Notes under the pieces: model-generated
Seen by the model: only the letters and a program-made list of their open reading frames with translations
What the model was told of the DNA's origin: nothing
Databases searched by the model: none
Assembly: GCA_041659505.1 (NCBI GenBank)
Contig: JBAZYF010000003.1
Coordinates: forward strand, 22,026 to 86,025
DNA: 64,000 nt
Origin: Parcubacteria group bacterium
GTDB lineage: Bacteria; Patescibacteriota; Minisyncoccia; Moranbacterales; UBA2206
Direction of reading: 5' to 3'
Translations under genes and position numbers: made by a program
In this document: piece after piece, positions 9,617 to 19,845 of the stretch
Numbering within the stretch: position 1 is the first letter of the stretch
Layout of the letters: each line of letters starts with the position of its first letter

Positions 9617-10088
9617 AGCTATGGCTATCTACCAAAAACCGATTCGCTTTTTCCAGTACTTTTTTCGAATTCAAATTACTCACGCGATTATAAGCTTGTC
9701 CATATTCCATCCAAATATAATCGCGATGTTCGGGAGACAATGTGATTGCCGATTGATTCGTCTCGGCTAAATAGTAAAGCACTTTTTTGAAAATCCACCA
9801 ACCGCGTCCGGCTTTCAATCGTTTTTCTTTTTCTTCTCTTTTTGCCACATAAAAATATTTTTCTTGTCCTAAAAAACCAGGAATGATTTTTAGTTCAGTG
9901 ATACCCGTTTCTTCCTGCGCTTCTCGGCGCAAGGTCTTCTCATCAGTTTCATCCGCTTTATCCACCTTCCCTTTAATGAAACCCCAATGCCCGCCCAAAT
10001 AACGCAAAAGCAAAAACTTAACTTTTTCGCCTTCCCGCCGATAAACAACCGCCCCGATTGATTTTTCAAAAGTTATGATTGTGTTCAT
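9615..10088 (-). CDS. Nudix hydrolase (paralog 1 of 4 tandem)
   Basis: Nudix box GKVDKADETDEKTLRREAQEETGI. Confidence 0.85.
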   Translation of the reverse strand: MNTIITFEKSIGAVVYRREGEKVKFLLLRYLGGHWGFIKGKVDKADETDEKTLRREAQEETGITELKIIPGFLGQEKYFYVAKREEKEKRLKAGRGWWIFKKVLYYLAETNQSAITLSPEHRDYIWMEYGQAYNRVSNLNSKKVLEKANRFLVDSHS

Positions 10089-10510
10089 TTTTTTGATAGT
10101 TTAACAAACTCTTTGATGCCACTTAAAGTGTCAACTGTATTTATTTCCTCATTAGAAAACCACTTAACCTCAGAAACTTTCTTATCTCCCGGAACTGGCG
10201 TTCCCTTTTTTAGCTTCGCTTTATAGCAGAAGACTAATACATGCTGACTATCGCCATCAGATCTTGGCCAGATTGTCGATTGGACACAAGGGATTAATCT
10301 CACAATTTCAATCTCGCATCCAATTTCCTCCATGCACTCTCTTTTGATCGCCTCTTCAGGCGACTCGCCATAATCAATTCTACCGCCAGGAAACTCCCAC
10401 TTTCCATCCGCAGAAGGGATGAGCGGATCGACACGTCTTTGAAGTAAGATCTTCCCTTTGGCATTTCTGATAAGCGCAATAACCACGCTTAATTGTCGTT
10501 TACTTTCCAT
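10085..10510 (-). CDS. Nudix hydrolase (paralog 2)
   Basis: Nudix box GGRIDYGESPEEAIKRECMEEIG. 4-bp ATGA overlap with the downstream paralog. Confidence 0.85.
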   Translation of the reverse strand: MESKRQLSVVIALIRNAKGKILLQRRVDPLIPSADGKWEFPGGRIDYGESPEEAIKRECMEEIGCEIEIVRLIPCVQSTIWPRSDGDSQHVLVFCYKAKLKKGTPVPGDKKVSEVKWFSNEEINTVDTLSGIKEFVKLSKK

Positions 10511-10518
10511 CAGCTCTT

Positions 10519-10995
10519 TTATTTAAAATTATCCACGATTTCTAAATTATGTTCCAAAATTCCTGGTGTTTTTTCGCGACTAAATAAAAATCTGCCCTGA
10601 AATTTTTTCCCTGCTAAAAACAGTGGGAGCCACATTCTGTCGTCCGGCCACATTTCGTCAAAGGGTATGCAATCAACGTCAAACCATTGCGGTTTCATCT
10701 CATCGGTTTCACTTGGCGCACCGCTGAAGTCTTCCGCATAAAAAATATGCACTTCGAGAATTTCCGAATTACCTTGAATTTCAAAATCCAAGACGCCTCT
10801 TTTTACCAGATTTTCAACCGTCACGCAAGATTCTTCTTGCATTTCTCTTTTCGCCGCCTGCTCGATCGTTTCACCCGCGTCCACTTTTCCTCCAAATCCG
10901 TTCCACTTGCTCGCGCCAAATCCATACTTTTTCCTTCCCAGAAGGATCTGATTATCTTTCCTCAACAAACAAAGTGTTAGGATTTTTTTGGACAT
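10519..10995 (-). CDS. Nudix hydrolase, MutT/NUDT1-like (paralog 3)
   Basis: WNGFGGKVDAGETIEQAAKREMQEESCV, an MTH1-like motif. Confidence 0.85.
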   Translation of the reverse strand: MSKKILTLCLLRKDNQILLGRKKYGFGASKWNGFGGKVDAGETIEQAAKREMQEESCVTVENLVKRGVLDFEIQGNSEILEVHIFYAEDFSGAPSETDEMKPQWFDVDCIPFDEMWPDDRMWLPLFLAGKKFQGRFLFSREKTPGILEHNLEIVDNFK

Positions 10996-10999
10996 CTTT

Positions 11000-11476
11000 T
11001 TATTTTTTAATCCACTTCTCTAATTTATCCAAAACATCAGAAAATCCCGGTAAAATTTTTAAGCGTTTTGTTTCTGATAATTTTATCCAACGATAATTCT
11101 TTGCTTCCCAGTCTAGTTTGATTTTATCCGTCACCACTTCCACTAAGATTGGGTGCACGATCCAAGTTTTTTTGTATTTCGGCGCATCCTGATGAAAAAT
11201 TTCTCCCAGCTTGAAATCTAAAATGTTTCGACTCGCCATCCCCAACTCTTCTCTCAGCTCTTCTCGAATTTTCTGCTTTAAACTCTTTTGATCATCCAAA
11301 AATCCCGACACCCCATTCCAATATTCCGGATAAAAATTCAGTTCCTTGGTTCTTTGCACAATCAGAATTTTGTCCTGATATTTCAAAACACAATTGATCA
11401 CCGGCGCCCACCGCGCATTCGTGAAATCAACTTGGCCAGGTTTTGGTTTGAATTTTTTAATTCTTTCGTTTTTCAC
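11000..11476 (-). CDS. Nudix hydrolase (paralog 4), GTG start
   Basis: GVSGFLDDQKSLKQKIREELREELG. Confidence 0.8.
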   Translation of the reverse strand: MKNERIKKFKPKPGQVDFTNARWAPVINCVLKYQDKILIVQRTKELNFYPEYWNGVSGFLDDQKSLKQKIREELREELGMASRNILDFKLGEIFHQDAPKYKKTWIVHPILVEVVTDKIKLDWEAKNYRWIKLSETKRLKILPGFSDVLDKLEKWIKK

Positions 11477-11493
11477 GATTTTCTCCAGTTTAT

Positions 11494-11976
11494 TTACCTG
11501 TTTATTTCTAAAGTCAGGCTGTAATCCTTAAAGCCCAAACTGTGATAAAATTTTATCGCCTTCTCGTTCTGGATTGAAGCATTAACAGAAATACAATCAG
11601 CCTTTTTCTCCTTGCACCAAACTAAAAATTCTTTCGCTAATTTTTTTCCAATTCCCTTGCTCCTAAATTTTTCATCAACAAACATATTGTCCAATTCCGC
11701 ATATTTCAGGATTATTCTATATGTATAGGGCGAAGACTTGAAACTTCCACAAAGATAACCAATAATTTTTCCATTATCCGCAGCAATAATTGAAAAACCG
11801 TTTTTATCAGTAATATTCTTTTTAAAATATGTTCTTCCTATTTTTCCATAAGTCCACTTTAAATCTAGCTTTTTATCATATTCCTTACGTTCTTTTTCAA
11901 ACAAGTCCAAATTTAATCTTAAAATATCTTCAAGATCTTTGATAGTTGCACGTCTGACTAAAATATCGCTTTTCAT
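11494..11976 (-). CDS. GNAT family N-acetyltransferase
   Basis: Acetyl-CoA binding motif RSKGIGKKL. 160-aa ORF. Confidence 0.8.
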   Translation of the reverse strand: MKSDILVRRATIKDLEDILRLNLDLFEKERKEYDKKLDLKWTYGKIGRTYFKKNITDKNGFSIIAADNGKIIGYLCGSFKSSPYTYRIILKYAELDNMFVDEKFRSKGIGKKLAKEFLVWCKEKKADCISVNASIQNEKAIKFYHSLGFKDYSLTLEINR

Positions 11977-12185
11977 AAGCTATTTCCCACAACATTTTTT
12001 ATACTTCTTCTAGTATAGAAAGTGTTGCAGGGGTTTTAGTGGCTGTAAAATTTGCCCGTGCGTCGATTCTCGACTGCTCGTCTGCGAGGATGCGCAACCG
12101 AATGATTCGATGTTTGTTTGTTGTGCTTTATCCCTCGTGGACGAGTAGGCGAACTGTGATTTTCAATGTTCCTATTGGTATATTA

Positions 12186-12398
12186 CTATTTTGTCAGTTT
12201 CTTGTCAACTTTTTTGGAAGTGGATAACTTTTCATGATCTCTCACCGCTTCCCATACCCAGGTGTGACTCCTTTTGAAGCCATACAATTCCTTGAGCATT
12301 TTAGCGGCGGTGCGCGTATCAAAACCTTGCTTATACAGGCGCACCGCTTTTTCTTTCATCTCGTTTATTTGCTTTTTTTTGAATATTGATAGTGGCAT
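12186..12398 (-). CDS. Small basic putative DNA-binding (HTH) protein adjacent to the integrase; possible excisionase or regulator
   Basis: 70-aa ORF directly downstream of the integrase. Segment YKQGFDTRTAAKMLKELYG is HTH-like. Confidence 0.4.
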   Translation of the reverse strand: MPLSIFKKKQINEMKEKAVRLYKQGFDTRTAAKMLKELYGFKRSHTWVWEAVRDHEKLSTSKKVDKKLTK

Positions 12399-12447
12399 AT
12401 AAGTGTTAATATTATGTACTGCTATTATACGCCTCTGTCAACTTATG

Positions 12448-13620
12448 TCAAGTTGCGTATTGCGGATAAGGCACTTTTCCCTTGAACTGCTGGGCAAAAT
12501 AATTTGCCTGTTGCTCAAGATTTTTGGCTGTGACCGATTCCTTATCTTTGTCTTGGTTCTGGACGAAAGTCATGAATCCTTGAAGAGCTTTGCCGAATCC
12601 TGGATCAGCTTGCTTTTCGACGAACCTATCTTTATTGTCCCCGAGAAACAGTCGCGCCCGCTCTTCTAATTCTTTGCCACGCATCATCGTGTATATGGTC
12701 GTGCTTTGTATTGAAGAGTGCCCGAGAATATTCATCACGTCCGATGTTGATCCGCCGCTTTTGATGATGTGATGGCCACGGTGATGTCGGAAGCTGTGGG
12801 CGTTCATGTAGGGCATTTCAGCTTTATTGCAATATTTTCTGAGCATCTCGCCCAATCCTTTGATGGAAAATCTTTGTCCATATTTCGAGCTGGTGGCCGA
12901 TACGAAGAGCGCCTCCGGTTCGTCGAACTTCACTTTATTATCAAGGTGTTTTCTTTTCTCAAGCCAGCGCATCAGATGATCGTTAGTGGCCTTGGTCCAG
13001 AATATTTCCCGAAATGGCCGGCGCGATTTCGCCTTTTCCGTCCGAATGATGGCTCTCATTTCGGTAAGATCCAGATCATCCTTGTCGATTGAGCATATTT
13101 CTCCGTTGCGCGCACCTGTGTCCCATAGCATGCCGATAATCGCAAGGTTTCTGATATGGCGCGGATCGTTGGAATCTTTCGGAATAACCGAGATAAGCTG
13201 GTCGAATTGTTCGTCGCTTGCCACGCGCGGAAGTTTCATTACTTTGTCCGGAATCGGGATCAGTTCTTCGTCGATCACTTTGTACCCCTGCAGGCGATAA
13301 AATTCGAAGAACTTGCGGAGCGCCATGCACTTTCCGACAAAACTGTTTCTGTCCCAGCCGAGATCCGCCATACCATTTAAGTATTCCATCACGTTATTCA
13401 GCGTGATGTTTTCGATTTCGGGATTACGAAGAAATAGGCAGAAGTTTTTCAGCTCGCGGTCGTAACCTCGTACTGTTTCTTTTTTAACTTTGAATTGTCT
13501 CCAATTTGAAAATTGAATAATCGCTTCTTTTGTTAGCATATAACATAATGACTCTCTCGGGTGCGATTCACGATGAATTCGTGTAGCTTCCACGCGTTTT
13601 TTGTAAAATTTTAAATTCAT
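12448..13620 (-). CDS. int: Tyrosine-type site-specific integrase (phage integrase family)
   Basis: 390-aa ORF. C-terminal catalytic region contains HSFRHHRGHHII...LGHSSIQSTTIYT (R-H-R-Y signature). N-terminal SAM-like domain. Confidence 0.9.
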   Translation of the reverse strand: MNLKFYKKRVEATRIHRESHPRESLCYMLTKEAIIQFSNWRQFKVKKETVRGYDRELKNFCLFLRNPEIENITLNNVMEYLNGMADLGWDRNSFVGKCMALRKFFEFYRLQGYKVIDEELIPIPDKVMKLPRVASDEQFDQLISVIPKDSNDPRHIRNLAIIGMLWDTGARNGEICSIDKDDLDLTEMRAIIRTEKAKSRRPFREIFWTKATNDHLMRWLEKRKHLDNKVKFDEPEALFVSATSSKYGQRFSIKGLGEMLRKYCNKAEMPYMNAHSFRHHRGHHIIKSGGSTSDVMNILGHSSIQSTTIYTMMRGKELEERARLFLGDNKDRFVEKQADPGFGKALQGFMTFVQNQDKDKESVTAKNLEQQANYFAQQFKGKVPYPQYAT

Positions 13621-13942
13621 AGTATCGCATCCTCAGCTCCAAGGCTGTTGCTTCTTTTTCGAGAAACAATGAGATGAGTATTTTTAAAATTAATGTGTTT
13701 GACGAAAGACTTTTCGACGATGTCTTCCGCTATGCCAAGCGAAACACTACTCCCCCGCGCCAAAGAAGTCAAACGCGATTGGCATTGCGCTGTTATCTTA
13801 CAAAAAGAGTTATGCATTTTTAGTAAAAATTGTCAGAAGCAGGCTCAAGCGTGCCGAAATAAAAGTATTTTCAAATATCATTTGAAAAAATATTTTCAGG
13901 AGCAAGTTGGGTGCTTTATATTTATCTAAAATTGAAAACGAC

Positions 13943-13970
13943 ACAAAAAAGCCTAGTTTTGGCTAGGCTA
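13943..13970 (-). terminator. Rho-independent terminator downstream of the prophage lysis module
   Basis: Hairpin gcctag-ttttgg-ctaggc. On the minus strand it is followed by tttttt. Confidence 0.5.
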
Positions 13971-13990
13971 ATTTGAGTGTTTATTCGTAT

Positions 13991-14173
13991 TTATTTTCCT
14001 GCAAATGGTTGCGTCGAGTCCCCTTTGTTGGAAAAATAAAAGGAAAATGCCATGCCGGCGAGAAGCAAGAATTGATCGCCTGAAATTTTCCCTAAAAAGA
14101 GTGCGCCAACTGTGGCCAGCGCCATCAGGATAAATACAATCTTACTCGCTGATTTCAAAACTTCCATATTCAT
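13991..14173 (-). CDS. Putative holin / small 2-TM membrane protein
   Basis: 60-aa ORF with two hydrophobic segments. Overlaps the start of the amidase gene upstream. Confidence 0.5.
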   Translation of the reverse strand: MNMEVLKSASKIVFILMALATVGALFLGKISGDQFLLLAGMAFSFYFSNKGDSTQPFAGK

Positions 14174-14751
14174 TTTAGTGTTTGTTTTATTAGAGCTAGT
14201 CCTTCTTCGATTTTTTTTATTCCCTCCTCGACCTGAGAGGGATTTGTTTGTTGCTGGTTAGCTAGAGCGACCAGCTCATTCAGAATTTTTTTATCGTGCG
14301 ACGGACAATCCGGTTTTTTTGAATATATCTGGTAGTGTCCGATGATGTGATCTCGATCAATTGGAATTTGCCAATGCTGGCAAATTTCCCGTATCAATGA
14401 AGCGCTCGCCTGTTTCATTGCATCAGTCCAAACATCTTCAGGCTTGCCTTCATGTTCTATGCCGATCGTGTAAAGATTAGGATTGACATTGGATTTCACA
14501 AGCTTCGCACTGGGCGCATCCACTCGTCCGGCATGCCAGGCGGAGTCTTCTTCTTTCACGTATTGATGAACTTCTCCGTTCTTTCCGATTCCATAATGCG
14601 CACTTACCTGCGAAGCGGGATTAGCAAACCACGAATCGGTGCCAGACAATGTGCCATCCATGATGTGAATGACAATAATTTCCGGCTTATAGCCTTTTCG
14701 CCCGGTCCAGAAATTCGGTGATCCCTTCCAAATTTTTTGAATAATATTCAT
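14170..14751 (-). CDS. N-acetylmuramoyl-L-alanine amidase (Amidase_2/PGRP fold), phage endolysin
   Basis: Amidase_2-like residues: IVIHIMDG, AHYGIGKNGEVHQYV, AWHAG, GIEHEG, DCPS. Confidence 0.85.
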   Translation of the reverse strand: MNIIQKIWKGSPNFWTGRKGYKPEIIVIHIMDGTLSGTDSWFANPASQVSAHYGIGKNGEVHQYVKEEDSAWHAGRVDAPSAKLVKSNVNPNLYTIGIEHEGKPEDVWTDAMKQASASLIREICQHWQIPIDRDHIIGHYQIYSKKPDCPSHDKKILNELVALANQQQTNPSQVEEGIKKIEEGLALIKQTLK

Positions 14752-14762
14752 ATTTTTTGTTA

Positions 14763-14990
14763 TTATTTATTAATGGTAATTAGTAGATTAAGTAGAGCTG
14801 CGATAAGGCCACCAATTGAGGCGGTCGCGACAATCCAGAAAAACCGCTTGAGCCAATCGACATCCGTGCCTACTTGCATTAACTTTGTATAAATGTGAGG
14901 CAGATGGTTATTTTTGATCTCTGCGACATTTTTTTCTAAACTGTCGAGTCTTTTATCTTGCATTTTATTTTGATAGTTTTGTTTTTCCAT
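14763..14990 (-). CDS. Holin-like protein (C-terminal TM helix)
   Basis: 75-aa ORF with C-terminal hydrophobic helix FFWIVATASIGGLIAALLNLLI. Adjacent to the endolysin. Confidence 0.45.
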   Translation of the reverse strand: MEKQNYQNKMQDKRLDSLEKNVAEIKNNHLPHIYTKLMQVGTDVDWLKRFFWIVATASIGGLIAALLNLLITINK

Positions 14991-14998
14991 AAAAATTA

Positions 14999-17900
14999 TT
15001 ATTTGGAAGTCTGTCTCATTTGCTTCAGATCCGACTGCTGCAATCCTTGATTGGAAAACATCTGCCCCATTGTTTTCGATGAGCCGGCAGATTCAAGTTT
15101 GTCATATACGGATTTCTGCATTCTGGCTATATCTTGCATTTGGAATGTCACGCTTGATCTTAGCTTTTGCGCCTCCTGTGGATCATCTGCTGCTAGATAG
15201 GGTAAGATATCTGGCAATATTTTTTCCGCGGTCGCATTCCAGTTATCAATTATGGCTGTTGCTCTTTGAGTATTGTTAGCTTCCATTGCCCGCTTGGCCT
15301 GCTCTCTCGCCGTGTTATATCCGATTACTGTTTCATCTTTCAGATTCCAAGCCTGATTGCGTTTTTCCCCTCCTTCCGATCGATAAAATCTACTAGCAGT
15401 AGTTTCCAATATTTTTGCAGGATCAATCACTTCGCGACCGAATCCTCCGAGTAAACCATTAAGTCCGTAGGCTAATTTCATCGGTGAGGCGCCGAGAGCT
15501 CTTCCGATGACCACAGCCGCATAGGGTGTTTTGTCATCATATTGTTCCGTAGGTGCTACTTGCTCTAGGCGTCGTGGAACCACTGGTCCGTCAGTGAAAA
15601 ATGATTTATTAGTAGCCAGCTCTGCTGGCGTACGCAAAATCGGCGGCAATGCACCAGACAAAAACTGCGTAGTGGAAAGTTCTCCGTCGCGTGTAAACGG
15701 AATCGGCGCCAATTGACTCATCCATTCGAGTGCCAGCTTGGTAAAATTATTCGGCTCGCCCTTTCTGACATAGTCGAGAGCATATTCAATTGGATTATAG
15801 AAAATCTGACCAACATCTCCTTTCGGAATAAGCACCATCTTCGGTATGCGATTGCCGTCCTGATCTTTATCCTCTCCGACGATGAGGGGGAAATACGTGT
15901 CTTTGATCCAGCGCGGAACATCTTCATATAAATCTGGATAATTTAGAGCGTTCCAAAAATAAGTCGTTACGCCTGGTGTAACAATCAATGCTCCGGCTTT
16001 CGCTGAAGCTTTGACCGGACTATCTTTGAAAATGCGCGCCGTATTGAGAAGCGCCTGCCAGCGAGCATTCACGAATGGCACCCACATATTAATAATCCGC
16101 ATCTCTTGTCCAGATTTGGCGAAATCAATTGTGGAGTTGCGAGCTTCGAAGGCTGCTTCCAAAGTTGACGCACCTTTTTTGAGAGCTTTCGTATAAACAC
16201 CTAAGCGAGGGGCAAGCTCTGTAGCTTCAGCAAAATTGCTTACCAGATTAAACGGATTGATAACCGCCTTAGTCCGCTTCCACCACGTCGGTTCAAACAG
16301 TTGATTTTTTACTCCACTGAGTTCTTTCGTGCTTTGAATGAAACCGCCAAAGCCTCCGCCATTCTTGGCAAATTCATCAATAAGCTTGGAATCCCAACCA
16401 AAAGCGCCCTTTAGTCCTTCGGCAAATCCCTTAACCCAGTCAACCGGGTTGAAGCCGTATTTCGAAGTCATGACAGCCATCTGCGCGTCTCGTACGGCAT
16501 TGGAAAGCGAAAACGGAATATATAACGTCGTCGCACCTTTTCGAAAAGCCGCAGAGGTAAACTTCACGAAGTTACCGAGTATGCCAGCCTCTACTTCATT
16601 CATCTGATGCATTGCCCAAGAAAGTTCTTCTGGCACAATCCATTTGGTATTTTTCCCGTCGGTAAATACACTAATTGAACCCCAGCCTTTTGGAGCGCGC
16701 TCACTTTTTTCAAGCGGCTTTATGAAGTCTTTAGCTTCAGGCATGACATCTCGAATATTTATCAATTTCTGAGCAACTTCGTTTCTTTTAATAAGATTGA
16801 TCGCATTGGATAATTTATTGATTATCGAATCAAACGGATCACGAATTATTTTTTCCGTTCCCTCTAGCTCCTGTATTATTCCTTGTTTGCTCACGGAAAA
16901 TATTTCCATGCCTTTCGGAATTTTATCTAACGCTGCTGAATCTGGCAGTTCATCAATTACATGAAATGGCATCCAATGTCTGTTTTTCTCAATAACCGAA
17001 TCATAAACTTCTTGGGAAATAATTCCCGATTCAGTGGCAGGCCTGAGAATGTTATCATCCGCCCATTTTTGAATCGCCTGCTCTGCCATATTGAATTTGT
17101 CGAAAATTTCCGGACCGACTTTCGTTTTGAGTTCTTCCATTGCTTGTTTTGCCGTATCAGCCGTTACGCCCGCTGGATTCTCAAATCCTCGCTCGGCCCG
17201 TTCCAATGCCCGACGAGATAAAACAAAACGAGTAAAGTCAATGCGCTCCTTATTGAGTGGCGAAAGAATTTTCTGAAGATCGCCGAGATAAGACTCAACT
17301 GTTCCCATCCGGCCAGCATACATACGCGCAGAGACATAGGCACTGGAGTTAATATCAATTGGATGCCCCGCTAGATCACTAACCATTCCTTCAAAACGCT
17401 TGATTGGTGCAAAGCGATCATTAAACGCATCAGCGAATTTTTCAGGTGCACCCTTTAACCAGTCCAACAAATTTCTTGACTGGCTGGTTTTCCCTGTCAT
17501 ACTGTCGATGGCATCCAACGCACTTCCCTCGGGAATATTGTTCGCATTCAATGTTGGTGTTTCTGTCGCTATCGGCGGAGACGTTGGCGGAGGATTAATT
17601 TCATCCGCTCTCATATTTTGTGGGACAATTTCTCCGCCCTCCCTTGCTATTGGATTTCCTTTCTCATTTATTTTATCCAGTGCTTCTTCGGCGTTTGAGG
17701 TTAGATTGCGGGGATTAGACTCTTGGAGTTTTTCAGGATTCAAAATTTCTATTTTTTTAATATCATTCTTTATTGATCCAATTATCTTGTCGCCATTGCC
17801 TTCATTCGCTATTTCCAAATTTTGTTTGATTTCAGGAATTGCCTCTGTGACATTTTTTACGGTCTGCTCAATCGGCTCCGCAACTTTTGCCAGATCAATA

Positions 17901-18478
17901 CCAGCTTTTTCCAATAGCTTTTCTCCGCCATCTTTCAATGTTTGCTCTGCAAAACTTTTACCGCCTTTTTCCATGATCAGCTTGGCAACATCATCGCCAT
18001 ATCTCCTGATTAGTTGCTCACCAACTTCTTCAGCCACTTTCTTTTTTGGAATTCCTGGAATAATATCAAACGCGGTAAGCGCGAACCCGAGCGGGAGTCC
18101 GTATTTTTTTGCAGTTTTTTCGCTTCCGCCAAATGTTTGAATCATTTCTTCTCCGGTACCGCGAATATCTTTGATCGGTTTTTCTCCAAGAAGAAATTTT
18201 TCGAATCCTGGCGCAACCCCAGTGCCGGGAATGAATTCTTTTTGTCCTTCGGCGGAAAGCGTGGCGGATGCCGCCGCTCTCGGAGCTGCGCGAAGAACGT
18301 CTTTGCCGAAATTCAATATGGATGTCCCAACTTTTTCCGTTGCTCCCGGCAGTTCGCGAATGAAATCACGCGTCCGAACGTCATCAGAAACAGGCGCAAA
18401 AAAATCCCCGACAGTCTTTTTTGTTTTTTCAGCCGCCTTTTTGAATGGTGCGGTTATTGTATTCCAAAAGTTTTCCAT
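14999..18478 (-). CDS. Large phage virion protein (1159 aa); possible ejection/pilot or tape-measure-like protein, function unresolved
   Basis: Single long ORF inside the structural/lysis block. No recognisable enzymatic motif. Confidence 0.5.
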   Translation of the reverse strand: MENFWNTITAPFKKAAEKTKKTVGDFFAPVSDDVRTRDFIRELPGATEKVGTSILNFGKDVLRAAPRAAASATLSAEGQKEFIPGTGVAPGFEKFLLGEKPIKDIRGTGEEMIQTFGGSEKTAKKYGLPLGFALTAFDIIPGIPKKKVAEEVGEQLIRRYGDDVAKLIMEKGGKSFAEQTLKDGGEKLLEKAGIDLAKVAEPIEQTVKNVTEAIPEIKQNLEIANEGNGDKIIGSIKNDIKKIEILNPEKLQESNPRNLTSNAEEALDKINEKGNPIAREGGEIVPQNMRADEINPPPTSPPIATETPTLNANNIPEGSALDAIDSMTGKTSQSRNLLDWLKGAPEKFADAFNDRFAPIKRFEGMVSDLAGHPIDINSSAYVSARMYAGRMGTVESYLGDLQKILSPLNKERIDFTRFVLSRRALERAERGFENPAGVTADTAKQAMEELKTKVGPEIFDKFNMAEQAIQKWADDNILRPATESGIISQEVYDSVIEKNRHWMPFHVIDELPDSAALDKIPKGMEIFSVSKQGIIQELEGTEKIIRDPFDSIINKLSNAINLIKRNEVAQKLINIRDVMPEAKDFIKPLEKSERAPKGWGSISVFTDGKNTKWIVPEELSWAMHQMNEVEAGILGNFVKFTSAAFRKGATTLYIPFSLSNAVRDAQMAVMTSKYGFNPVDWVKGFAEGLKGAFGWDSKLIDEFAKNGGGFGGFIQSTKELSGVKNQLFEPTWWKRTKAVINPFNLVSNFAEATELAPRLGVYTKALKKGASTLEAAFEARNSTIDFAKSGQEMRIINMWVPFVNARWQALLNTARIFKDSPVKASAKAGALIVTPGVTTYFWNALNYPDLYEDVPRWIKDTYFPLIVGEDKDQDGNRIPKMVLIPKGDVGQIFYNPIEYALDYVRKGEPNNFTKLALEWMSQLAPIPFTRDGELSTTQFLSGALPPILRTPAELATNKSFFTDGPVVPRRLEQVAPTEQYDDKTPYAAVVIGRALGASPMKLAYGLNGLLGGFGREVIDPAKILETTASRFYRSEGGEKRNQAWNLKDETVIGYNTAREQAKRAMEANNTQRATAIIDNWNATAEKILPDILPYLAADDPQEAQKLRSSVTFQMQDIARMQKSVYDKLESAGSSKTMGQMFSNQGLQQSDLKQMRQTSK

Positions 18479-18486
18479 ATAGTTTT

Positions 18487-19584
18487 TTAGACTCCAATAC
18501 GGAAAAGTCTTCCTAAAAATCCGCCAATACCCGGAGCGGTTTTAATCTGCCACTCATCATCAATAATTTCTGCGGGAGATTTTTTCGAATCACTAAATCC
18601 TATATTTGAATAAGTTTGTTTTAATTGTTCTGGGTTATAGCCTTCTTTCCATGCGTCTCTGACTTCGCGCCTGAAAGTACTCTCGGCAGTTATGCCCTTT
18701 TGTCCGCCCGAAGAAGAGTCTGTTTGGGGCGTTTGCTTTTTAATATAATCCATCTCCGATTCAAGTTGCACAGCCAAGTCTCCGGTGTAACCAAGACGAG
18801 TTGGGTCGGAAACATTTTGACCTATAAGCCGTTGCGCAGTGGCACGCATAGTCGAATCAGGTTCCAATCCTTGCTCAATACGTGCCGATACTCTTTCTCC
18901 GGTTGTGCCGCCTCCATTTTTCGCTCGCTGGTTAGCATCCTGCAATTTCAACATAAATTCCATTTCCCAATGTTGCTCATTGCTTTGCTTATCCAATTCC
19001 GATTTGATTAAGTCCTGATAATCACTCATCTGCTTTGTGAGATTAGCAAGATTATATTTTAGATCTTCGACTTCACGTTCTTTTTCGGCAGTTTCTGTGG
19101 CAACTTTTTTAGTCACCTCATCAAGATTGGTATTGTAGCTACCTGCCAAACTATTTCTCTCGTCGACAAAATTATTAATTTTAGAATTAGCCAATCGTTC
19201 GATTTCGGACGATTCCCCTGTAATAGTTGCAGCTGAATAATATGGATTGAGCCGAGTTTTACTAACCGATTCATCGCGAATTCCTTTTTCGCTGGCAATC
19301 TTAGAATCAGTATCTGCGATTTTTATTTTGATATCTCCCAATCCCTGTTTGTTATATTCCTGATCATAGCGATCGGTATAATAATTTTTGAGCGTGCTCT
19401 GAGCCTTATCGATTTTTTTCTGAACAGTATTGATTTTATTTTTGAGAGAAGAAAAATCATATCCAGCCGGAGCACTAGCCATGTTTGATGCGGGTGCTGA
19501 CTGGGAGCTGATATTTTTGCCTAATTGCTCCATTTGTTGGCGAAACCCATCCCAGTCTATATTTGTTACGCTGTTATCTGCCAT
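18487..19584 (-). CDS. Phage coiled-coil protein, hypothetical
   Basis: 365-aa ORF. Long charged heptad-like stretches. Confidence 0.4.
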   Translation of the reverse strand: MADNSVTNIDWDGFRQQMEQLGKNISSQSAPASNMASAPAGYDFSSLKNKINTVQKKIDKAQSTLKNYYTDRYDQEYNKQGLGDIKIKIADTDSKIASEKGIRDESVSKTRLNPYYSAATITGESSEIERLANSKINNFVDERNSLAGSYNTNLDEVTKKVATETAEKEREVEDLKYNLANLTKQMSDYQDLIKSELDKQSNEQHWEMEFMLKLQDANQRAKNGGGTTGERVSARIEQGLEPDSTMRATAQRLIGQNVSDPTRLGYTGDLAVQLESEMDYIKKQTPQTDSSSGGQKGITAESTFRREVRDAWKEGYNPEQLKQTYSNIGFSDSKKSPAEIIDDEWQIKTAPGIGGFLGRLFRIGV

Positions 19585-19588
19585 ATAT

Positions 19589-19804
19589 TTAAATATTCAC
19601 TTTTTTGTTTGCCATTATCTTTCCCGTTTTCAAATCAAAAGTATATTCCTTGGCAGGATCAAGACCGTACCTATGAAATCTACCAAGGAGATACGCTTGC
19701 TTTTGCGCTTCCAGCGCCTGTGCGATAAGCGTATGCTGATGAATCATTTCCTGTCGTTTTCGAATTTCTTCAAGATCCGTTTTGTCTAATTTTTTTGCGA
19801 ACAT
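19589..19804 (-). CDS. Small phage hypothetical protein
   Basis: 71-aa ORF tightly packed between neighbouring genes. Confidence 0.3.
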   Translation of the reverse strand: MFAKKLDKTDLEEIRKRQEMIHQHTLIAQALEAQKQAYLLGRFHRYGLDPAKEYTFDLKTGKIMANKKVNI

Positions 19805-19845
19805 AAAATTAAAATTATTTTTATTAAGGTTTGACCATCTATTTT

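Noticed and set aside
11977-12185. Possible tRNA/tmRNA fragment serving as the prophage att site (gcgtcgattctcgac, ctcgtggacgag hairpins)
   Set aside because: No T-arm with a 7-nt loop or acceptor-stem complement could be built. No direct repeat shared with the 31.2-31.5 kb junction was found by eye. att remains unidentified.
17400-18490. Plus-strand ORFs (246 aa, 158 aa, 103 aa) antisense to the 1159-aa phage gene
   Set aside because: Low-complexity Ser/Phe-rich antisense products inside a well-supported long ORF. No RBS.
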